The notes under the pieces were generated by a model. That model was not told where the DNA came from, did not search any database, and saw only the letters and a program-made list of their open reading frames with translations. A stretch of DNA of 64,000 bases. It comes from a virus. Positions 56,972-64,000 of this stretch are shown piece by piece. Position numbers and translations under genes: made by a program. The stretch spans positions 91,616 through 155,615 of the IMG/VR virus record IMGVR_UViG_3300027863_000019; one strand, written 5' to 3'. How positions within the stretch are numbered: position 1 is the first letter of the stretch; the number at the start of each line of letters is the position of its first letter.

Positions 56972-57181
56972 ATGGGGTTTAGCCGACGCGAAAAGCTCCA
57001 TATCATTTCTGAGATTAGATCACTTCATCGTGCAAGACGGTCTCGTGGACTCAAGCTCTCTGTTCAAGACATTGAACAATTAATTTGGGATTTAGAAAGC
57101 TCGCGATTAGAAAGATTCTTTAATTGGTTTAATGAGTTAATGACCTGCGTACAAGGTAATAAGAAAGTGGAATCAAAATAG
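56972..57181 (+). CDS. Small hypothetical protein
   Basis: 69 aa, GGAG RBS, last gene before the terminator. Confidence 0.5.
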   Translation: MGFSRREKLHIISEIRSLHRARRSRGLKLSVQDIEQLIWDLESSRLERFFNWFNELMTCVQGNKKVESK

Positions 57182-57226
57182 TCGAAGGTCTTGACCCCAG
57201 TCGCTACCCTAGGATCAAGAAAAGAG

Positions 57227-57261
57227 AGAAGGCCGTTCTAATGAACGGCCTTCTGGTTTTT
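57227..57261 (+). terminator. Rho-independent terminator ending the structural operon (possibly bidirectional)
   Basis: AGAAGGCCGTTC-taat-GAACGGCCTTCT then GGTTTTT; A-rich 5' flank. Confidence 0.85.
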
Positions 57262-57465
57262 AACTATATGAATTGTTTCATGTTTATTTTGACCTTATTT
57301 TCACCTTTTTGTTTCCTTTGTAATAAGGACCAAGAATCAAAAACGCTACGTTTTATACCGTATAGGGCACGTTCCTAAAGCTCGATAAGAGGGGCGTTTT
57401 TGTCTGGGTAGGATGAATTACGACCTAGATGTTCCGCAATCAATTCTTATAATCAAATTCTAAGT

Positions 57466-58180
57466 ATGTTTACGAGAGACAATTTACGTTGGAAGAAAGC
57501 TGTAAGACAGGCATGGAGAAAGAAGGGAAGAAAAAAACCCGGAGCCACCTTTTTTGATAAGATTGATTGTGAAGCTAAAGCGTATTGGCTCGGATTCTTT
57601 TTATGCAGATGGAACTATGAATTCAAATAAGCGTAGAGTTTCTTTATTTATTAAAGAAACTGATCGATCTCATATTGAAAAGTTTGCCTTTATCTTTAAA
57701 AAAGAAGTTAAAGACTATGTGCAATCTTGCTTAATGTCTGGAGTGCATATTGATAACGTTTATGTTTGGGATGCACTATTTAAATTAGGAATGATTCCGA
57801 GAAAATCTTGGGAAGACTCTACTAAAGTGTTTGATAACATTCCTGACCATTTAATGAATCATTTTCTTCGTGGTTTATTTGACGGTGATGGATGGGTAAG
57901 TTTTAATACTAGTCGTAATACTTACAAGGGTAAAGTGTATAAAGCAACCAAAAGTTTGACTTTAGGATTTACTGGAACTTTCTTTGCGATGCAAAAAGTC
58001 TCATCAATCCTTTCTGAGAAGCTTTCAATCAAACTTGTGACTCCAAGAATTAATTCGGGAAAAGGTTTTAAAGTAGCTTGGGGTGGTAATAAGCAAATAA
58101 AAAATATAGTTGCTCCATGGTTATATAAAGGAGCAACTATATTTTTAGAACGAAAAGCATTAATTATTTCAACGACCTAG
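57466..58180 (+). pseudogene. Free-standing double-motif LAGLIDADG homing endonuclease with a single frameshift
   Basis: The ATG 57466 frame gives FFDKIDCEAKAYWLGFF. One extra T in the T5 run (57598-57602) shifts to YADG...HFLRGLFDGDG...YKGATIFLERK. Confidence 0.8.
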
Positions 58181-60960
58181 CCGCACCTCGAGAAACCGCA
58201 GTCAATACATTCCGAACAGCCTTCCTTATGAATGTATCTTCCATGTCTGCAGTTAGGGCATTCATCATACTCAGCTGCAATCGTTTCTCTTTGGGGATCT
58301 ATATACTCGTCCCAAAGAACTCTCGCGAGAGCATCGTAGATGGATAGAACTTTCTTACCTTCATCCCAAGCAATGTCGCGTCCAGCAATTCCAACCAGTT
58401 GATCATACACTTGCTGAACAGAACATCCCATCTGGAATAAGAGGCTTACCATTCTTCCCAACGCTTCCGCATCAGCCTTCTTATTGTTTCCACTCTTGCC
58501 AATCTCAACGAAGCATTCAATTGGTCTTCCCTCATGTTCGTTGATAGTGATATACATATGTCCGAGTGCTGTCTTCACGCATACAGTATTGCCTTGGAGT
58601 TTCCTTGGACGTTTGAATCTCCTTACTTCTGGAACAGCCCCTCCGAAAGTAATTGGTTGATTGGTCTTACTTCCGTCACGATAGACTGTAACACCCTTAA
58701 GACCTTGTTCGTAAGCAAAAAGGATTAATTGATAGACATCATCAACAGAAGCACCGTTAGGTAGATTCACTGTAGAGCTGATTGAACTTGTAACAGCCTT
58801 CTGCAGTTCGGCTTGCATTAACACTCTATCCATCCATTGAATGTCATGAGCTGTCTTCCAAAGACGTTTTACATCAGGAGGAACTTTAGTTACTTTTTGT
58901 AAGGTACCACCCCTACGTTTGATCTCGTTAATGAGTTGGGCATCATACCATGGCTCACGTCCATATCTTCTTTCGAACTCTGGATGTACGAATGTCATGA
59001 TGTCACCTGTATCAGTGATATTCTTTTCATACACGATAGCGAACAAAGGTTCCATACCACTCGAACACTCACACGAGATTGATACAGTTCCTGTAGGAGC
59101 AATCGTTGTCACCTGAGAGTTACGAACTGGTTCATCAATTCCCCACAGCGACGAGATTCGATCTTTGTTCTCTTCCCATAAAGGAAATGGTCCGACTTCC
59201 TTTGCAAGCTCGATTGATTCCGACCACGCAGTAGCAGTTACAAAGTTCATTACTTGTGATGCGAACTCTCTGGCTTGAGATGAATCATATGGTAGGTTTA
59301 ACATAAGTAAAGTATCTGCTAAACCCATTATCCCAAGTCCAATGTTTCTTGTTTGCATCGATACGCGTTTGAAGTTATCAGTTGGGAACTCAGCAGCATC
59401 TAACATTCCATCTAGCATGCGAACAGCAGCACGAACTGTTTTCTCTAGATCTTCCCAATTGATCTTCTGCCCATCAACGTGTGCCCCAATGTTAATACTA
59501 CCCAAGTCACAGCTTTGATATGCGTGCAATGGTTGTTCACCACACTGTGGGGTGATAATTCCGCTATGCTTTGGTTGCAAGCCTTTTGAAGTTTTTGCAT
59601 TCGCATTCGTTACATATGCAACTGTGTGGAATTCGTCAACGGTTATATTGTAAACGTCTTCAACTCCGTCTGGTTCAACTGAAGCCACTTTATGATTGAA
59701 GTTGGTGCTTAGTTCTGCAGACTCTTTTTTATCTTTACTTAATCTTTGTTTACCTTCTTGAGGTTGTTCATAGTATGAAAGAATCATTTGATGTTCCATG
59801 AAATGGTTTCTTTCACCAATCTGTTTTTTTGGATTTTTGATTTTCCAGTAAGACTTTGTACCATTCTTTTGTTGATAACGACTGAATGGCATCAAAGACA
59901 TTCCAGCTTGTAAATCCTTTGCTTCGATTTTCTCCCCACTCCTCAACAAAAACTTATGATCATAAGTAGTACGAATGCTGCTACCATCATCAAGAGTAAC
60001 CTTTAAGACTGGAACTTGTTCTCTCGTCTTCCTTGGTTTTCTTCCCATTCTTACATACGCTTTTCCAGTCTTGGGGTCACAGCAATGTACGAGTACATCT
60101 TTTCCTTCCTCAGCAAGCTGTTGTATAGATATACAACCTCTACCGTCAGCAACGGCAACTAAAGTTTCACCCGTTACACATGGATTCGTACTACGAATAG
60201 GTCCAAGAGAAGGTGTTGTATCCCAATTGTTAATTCGATCTAGGAACACGACTCCTGGATCTCCACATGCATGTGAACTCTCGGCAATGGCTGTCATGAT
60301 GTCGCGAGCTTTGATTTTAGTTTTTACCTGCCCATCCTTAAACCCCTTCGTTTCCCAAATGCCATCCATCTGTAGACACTGTAGAAAGTCTTCGGTTAGG
60401 TTGATAGAGATATTAATGTTAGATAAGTCCTCTTGAGTCTTTAACCGAATGACATCCATAACGTCTGGATGGGATACATCGAACACAACCATAGCTGCCG
60501 CACGTCGGGTCTTTCCTCCTGACTTAATAGTGCCACCTAAACTATTTAAGTGTCTGATGAATGCGATAGGTCCAGATGAACTTCCGCCTGTAGTAAGTGA
60601 TGCTTTGTTTTCTCTAAGGTCTGAGAAGTTTGCGCCGATGCCAGCTCCAGCTAAAAAGACTTCTGTGGCGTCATCATAGAAGCGTTTGATCTCTTCCATA
60701 CTGTCTTGTAGATTACCAACGAAGCAAGCGCTCGCAATCTGTCGACGGTTACAGCCGAGGTTCATGTAGCATGGAGTGTTGACTCTGAAACGGTTTTCAT
60801 TTTGAATTCGAATGAATTCATCTTTGTAGGGTTCAAGATCTGGCCGTACTTTGATTACCGCATTGGTTACTCGACGAAAGGTTTGAACTGGTTTCGTTTC
60901 TCCCTCATCTAGATAGAGGCGACGAAAGACCCACATTGCATTTTCGGATAACTTCGACAT
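58177..60960 (-). CDS. nrdJ: Class II (B12-dependent) ribonucleotide reductase with intein and C-terminal TSCPD/Zn-ribbon
   Basis: ASACFV, GAGIG.NFS.LR, GG.TRRAA.M, TNPC[intein]CGEQPL, TTIAPTGT.S, SGMEP, ISSTVNLP, KGVTVYRDGSK, C-terminal CPNC...CIDC. Confidence 0.93.
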   Translation of the reverse strand: MSKLSENAMWVFRRLYLDEGETKPVQTFRRVTNAVIKVRPDLEPYKDEFIRIQNENRFRVNTPCYMNLGCNRRQIASACFVGNLQDSMEEIKRFYDDATEVFLAGAGIGANFSDLRENKASLTTGGSSSGPIAFIRHLNSLGGTIKSGGKTRRAAAMVVFDVSHPDVMDVIRLKTQEDLSNINISINLTEDFLQCLQMDGIWETKGFKDGQVKTKIKARDIMTAIAESSHACGDPGVVFLDRINNWDTTPSLGPIRSTNPCVTGETLVAVADGRGCISIQQLAEEGKDVLVHCCDPKTGKAYVRMGRKPRKTREQVPVLKVTLDDGSSIRTTYDHKFLLRSGEKIEAKDLQAGMSLMPFSRYQQKNGTKSYWKIKNPKKQIGERNHFMEHQMILSYYEQPQEGKQRLSKDKKESAELSTNFNHKVASVEPDGVEDVYNITVDEFHTVAYVTNANAKTSKGLQPKHSGIITPQCGEQPLHAYQSCDLGSINIGAHVDGQKINWEDLEKTVRAAVRMLDGMLDAAEFPTDNFKRVSMQTRNIGLGIMGLADTLLMLNLPYDSSQAREFASQVMNFVTATAWSESIELAKEVGPFPLWEENKDRISSLWGIDEPVRNSQVTTIAPTGTVSISCECSSGMEPLFAIVYEKNITDTGDIMTFVHPEFERRYGREPWYDAQLINEIKRRGGTLQKVTKVPPDVKRLWKTAHDIQWMDRVLMQAELQKAVTSSISSTVNLPNGASVDDVYQLILFAYEQGLKGVTVYRDGSKTNQPITFGGAVPEVRRFKRPRKLQGNTVCVKTALGHMYITINEHEGRPIECFVEIGKSGNNKKADAEALGRMVSLLFQMGCSVQQVYDQLVGIAGRDIAWDEGKKVLSIYDALARVLWDEYIDPQRETIAAEYDECPNCRHGRYIHKEGCSECIDCGFSRCG
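59545..60180 (-). mobile_element. Mini-intein (212 aa) in the RNR active-site NP/CGE motif, ending in Gln
   Basis: Block A CVTGETLV, block B IRTTYDHKFL, block F EDVYNITVDEFH, end GIITPQ followed by +1 Cys. Confidence 0.9.
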
Positions 60961-60989
60961 TTAGTTGTTCTCCTATTTAAATATTTTAT

Positions 60990-61330
60990 TGTAGTGTGTT
61001 TTTACTTCGGTGTGGCTTGTTGAAAGGCTTTTTTTCGATTGCATTTCATTTGCGGATTATCTCATTCCAACCTTTAAACGTTTAACATTAATTCTATGTT
61101 AAATTTGTTTCTTTTCTTGATTGCTTCACTTATCTTTTGCCTAGTCTCTTGAGTTTGTTTATGATTTGGTTTTTTCCTTTCTATGCGACACTCATCCTTT
61201 GTTTTGTTTTTGTAGTATGTTCGTGGCCAATTTTGAAATATGAACATTTCGTCTACAACGAAAATTTAAAGCTGAACCAATATAGACTTTATGGTTTATT
61301 AGATTTTCAATGATGTAAATTGAAGCATAA
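60990..61330 (-). pseudogene. GIY-YIG/NUMOD3 homing endonuclease remnant
   Basis: Minus strand ASIYIIENLINHKVYIGSALNF, then frameshifted NUMOD3 pieces GHEHTTKTKQRMS and HKQTQETRQKISEA. Confidence 0.75.
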
Positions 61331-61337
61331 TTTTAGT

Positions 61338-62255
61338 TTACTTTGGTACTGCTCTTTGGAAGGCTGCTGATACTTGATCCCACTTTCTGATTACTTCCAT
61401 GAATCCTTTAAACGCCGCATAATGTCTTGCCTCATTAGAATTAAAACTCGTGGGTTGCATAAGAAATGATTCAGCTTTCATTAAATCATTTTCATTTATA
61501 ACTTCGCCTAACTTCATGATTTTCCAATTCCTTCTAAGCACTTCCGATTGATCGATCACGCACAACATCCACTTATCATCTTCATCCTCTACTTCCATTC
61601 CAGCGATGAGGGCTAACAGCTTTTGACTCTTTTCGATCCATAACTGTTTCGCTCTACTCCAGCCAATCCCAGTAACGCCTTTGATGTTGTCGCTAGTATC
61701 TCCTACCAAAGCTTTTTGTACCATCATTGCTTGTACGCTTCCATACTTATCTCTTACGTGCTTGAGATCGAACTCTGCCTTTTTCCTTGGCGACCAAACT
61801 CGTACGCTATCATTACAACACTGTAACAGATCTTCATCTCCACTAAGGATAAGTCCACCTACTTGTTGAGTCCAACACCATAATAGATCATCAGCTTCCA
61901 GTCCATCGATCATTCCTTGTCTAACAGGAAGATACTTTAGACTTTCCTTTACCTCTTTAAGTACTTGAGGTCTGGCAACTGCCCAATGAGCATTGCCACT
62001 AGTGGCACGATTACCTTTGTAGTCAGGATACTCTACTCTTCGCCTACATGCCATTTCAGTCTTTGTTCCTTTAGTATAAACGCAGTCCCAGGCAACGGCT
62101 ACTTGAGCAAGGTTATAGCCTTGCATTAGGTCGGCAATGTATAACCATACTTGTGAAGCAGTAGGAAGGTTGGGGTTGCGAAACCATAAATAAGTCACAA
62201 GACTGTTGCCATCAACGAGCAACCAACGATTTTCTATATTCATATGTACACTCAT
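61338..62255 (-). CDS. 5'-3' exonuclease / flap endonuclease (PolA N-terminal, T5 D15-like)
   Basis: LLVDGNSL, VAWD, RR.EYPDYKGNR, GLEADD, ILSGDEDLLQ, ALVGDTSDNIKGVTGIG; likely start 62255 or 62243. Confidence 0.92.
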   Translation of the reverse strand: MSVHMNIENRWLLVDGNSLVTYLWFRNPNLPTASQVWLYIADLMQGYNLAQVAVAWDCVYTKGTKTEMACRRRVEYPDYKGNRATSGNAHWAVARPQVLKEVKESLKYLPVRQGMIDGLEADDLLWCWTQQVGGLILSGDEDLLQCCNDSVRVWSPRKKAEFDLKHVRDKYGSVQAMMVQKALVGDTSDNIKGVTGIGWSRAKQLWIEKSQKLLALIAGMEVEDEDDKWMLCVIDQSEVLRRNWKIMKLGEVINENDLMKAESFLMQPTSFNSNEARHYAAFKGFMEVIRKWDQVSAAFQRAVPK

Positions 62256-62502
62256 CGAATTCAGCGTGTCTTTTGTTGCAGGAATCTTTGTAGGGGCACT
62301 CATCGCAACAAGAGAATCGCACAATCTTTTTTAGTTCCAGAGTTTCTTTTCTCATCTGGGCGATGTAACGATCGATTTTCCGCAGACGAATAAAAATTAA
62401 TAGGACGATACTCAATCCCATAACGGTTAACGTTAAAGGATACTTACTAAGGATGACTTGGCACGGTTCGCCACATAGATTAATTAATTCGATGACTGTC
62501 AT
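62212..62502 (-). CDS. Small membrane protein with Cys-rich C-terminus
   Basis: One TM helix, then RLRKIDRYI and CCDECPYKDSC. Confidence 0.55.
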   Translation of the reverse strand: MTVIELINLCGEPCQVILSKYPLTLTVMGLSIVLLIFIRLRKIDRYIAQMRKETLELKKIVRFSCCDECPYKDSCNKRHAEFDECTYEYRKSLVAR

Positions 62503-62644
62503 CTTTCTTTTTATCCTTTCTGTGATCGATGTAACTATTCAGTTTGCGAAGCTGATAAAGGATATAGAAAGTGATGAACAGATCTGCGAGCGTCCAATAT
62601 CGGTGCCACACATTATTATAGAATTCTGTAATCCAATCGATCAT
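62480..62644 (-). CDS. Small membrane protein (54 aa), not in ORF track
   Basis: GAGGT RBS; MIDWITEFYNNVWHRYWTLADLFITFYILYQLRKLNSYIDHRKDKKKDDSHRIN*. Confidence 0.5.
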   Translation of the reverse strand: MIDWITEFYNNVWHRYWTLADLFITFYILYQLRKLNSYIDHRKDKKKDDSHRIN

Positions 62645-62800
62645 TTCTCTTTACCTCTAAAAGCTAATTTGTCATTGATAGTCTTTCTCTTTCTTCATCC
62701 AGTACTCATCCAAGTAATCAGCTATCAAAAACCAAAGTGTTCAAATCTCGTCGATGAGTAAACTTGCTTTCCAACTTTCTCTTTGAGAGCTTTGTAGAGC

Positions 62801-62824
62801 AAAAAAAAAAAAAAAAAAAAAAAA
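62801..62824. repeat. A24 homopolymer
   Basis: 24 consecutive A between divergent genes. Confidence 0.9.
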
Positions 62825-62940
62825 CTTGGATTTGCTCTTATGAACAAATATTTCCATTTGTTTTTACCATAGTCCCTTTGACCTTTAGTTTTTACAAATT
62901 ACTCTATGATATAAACACAAACACAAGGAGAACTTTATGG

Positions 62941-63294
62941 ATGATGACTACTTCAGTCCTCGGTTCACACAAACAAAAGATCGTGTTCTCCTGTCGTGGT
63001 ATCCTTCCTGCTACTAAAGCTCGACGCTTCGCCAAACACTTCATCAGACTCGCAGGTATGACTCCAGCACGTAAAGGTCGTATCGATTCCTATCCTTTCA
63101 ACCATGGCGGTGGTTTCGGGTTCACTGGTTTCTTTCCATTGATAGAATCTTATTTAATGATTGATGTATACACAGACTTGAACGAAACCGAGATTCTGCT
63201 TTCTACTTGTAAACCAGAAAAACTCGACCTTCCCAAACTTCGTCGCTACCTTTCTAAACAAATTGGACCGATCTTCAAAGAAGGTTGTCTTTAA
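62941..63294 (+). CDS. S-adenosylmethionine decarboxylase (SpeD)-like protein, divergent
   Basis: AGMT...GFGFTGFFPLIES.....VY......LLSTCKP matches the prokaryotic AdoMetDC pattern; AGGAG RBS upstream. The ORF-track extension from 62764 runs through the polyA tract. Confidence 0.6.
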   Translation: MMTTSVLGSHKQKIVFSCRGILPATKARRFAKHFIRLAGMTPARKGRIDSYPFNHGGGFGFTGFFPLIESYLMIDVYTDLNETEILLSTCKPEKLDLPKLRRYLSKQIGPIFKEGCL

Positions 63295-63444
63295 TTTTCT
63301 TTCTCTCTTCCAAACTCTCCAAAAAAACCCTTCCAGTTTCCGAAAATCCAATTTACTATATATAGAGACTCATTTAGTACATATATAAATCTATAAATAA
63401 ATCTATAAATAAATAACTATATAAAGGAAGTCTATTTACTCTAA

Positions 63445-63801
63445 CTAGCTCCACATACAAGGTAGCAACAATATCGTTGCTCTCACCAGAGTGAAGTCAT
63501 CTTCTATCCTTGCTAAACCACGCCAAAGAGGACGATAGTACGAAATGTCATTCTGCGCCAACTTACGAGTGTACATTCGAATATCATTGGCGTACGGGGA
63601 GAGTAAAGATTCATCACCAAGTCTTTGGGATTGTTTAATAAGGCTTTCAAGGAAACGTCTAATAGGTTTAGAATCATCATTGGTAGGTCGGCTAGGATGC
63701 TTAGGTGATGGTTTGTACTTATACTGTAGTCCCCACTTCTCCGCTAGTTCTAAAAAATCCCATCCCTTAAAGTCATTCACCTTTCCTTCAGTCATCATCA
63801 T
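63445..63801 (-). CDS. Hypothetical protein
   Basis: 118 aa, AGGA RBS upstream. Confidence 0.55.
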   Translation of the reverse strand: MMMTEGKVNDFKGWDFLELAEKWGLQYKYKPSPKHPSRPTNDDSKPIRRFLESLIKQSQRLGDESLLSPYANDIRMYTRKLAQNDISYYRPLWRGLARIEDDFTLVRATILLLPCMWS

Positions 63802-63805
63802 AGTA

Positions 63806-63915
63806 TTCCTTCTATATATATATATAGACGATCTATCATCTATCAGAATCCATCAGAATCCATCAGAGTAATTCCTTCTATATATATATGTATGTATGTA
63901 GACGATCCTTCATCC
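63806..63915. repeat. AT-rich direct repeats
   Basis: TTCCTTCTATATATATAT...TAGACGATC twice, separated by tandem ATCAGAATCC. Confidence 0.8.
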
Positions 63916-64000
63916 ATTAGCCTGCATGATTGAATTTTTACTATAAATATAGTATAATCAATTATAGATGATTTTGTAAGTCTCCTTTGAAACGACCTAA

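Noticed and set aside
276-63871. Numerous short antisense or nested ORFs in the ORF track
   Set aside because: They lie within well-supported long genes, lack RBS or motifs, and look like shadow frames.
1-64000. tRNA/rRNA genes and an integrase or invertase
   Set aside because: No cloverleaf or rRNA signature and no tyrosine/serine recombinase motifs were recognised by eye; a tRNAscan/HMM run would be needed to exclude them fully.

Overview
This window is a 64-kb section of a large tailed dsDNA phage (siphovirus-type, roughly 40% GC by eye). The + strand (1-57.2 kb) is one long virion-morphogenesis region. It opens with the 3' part of a DNA-ligase/LigD-phosphoesterase-like polyprotein, then the HK97 prohead protease/scaffold, major capsid protein and head/neck accessory genes. 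Head-tail joining genes follow, with a three-domain GT2+TPR glycosyltransferase and an IS200/IS605 tnpB among them. After these come the tail tube, two paralogous tail chaperones, a 4678-aa tape measure carrying an M15 peptidase, and a BR0599/NlpC/J-like tail tip. A ~22-kb adhesion-fibre array follows: 9 LamG modules, 5 paralogous jelly-roll proteins, a ~39-repeat fibre protein, Dit-like paralogs and a second tube paralog. The - strand end carries class II RNR (Gln-ending mini-intein) and a 5'-3' exonuclease, followed by an AdoMetDC-like gene and AT-rich repeats. Most striking: (1) a LamG domain is split by a 2.95-kb gene-sized module bounded by in-frame GATCCA(A)GTACAAT repeats, so excision would give two intact ORFs; (2) the adhesin array looks like a modular, scaffoldin-like branching apparatus; (3) the virion may be glycosylated; (4) a ligase/end-healing protein sits in the head module; (5) gpG/gpGT appear to be made by gene duplication instead of frameshifting; (6) paired, collapsed homing-nuclease remnants recur. 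All family assignments come from motif recognition by eye; no searches were run.
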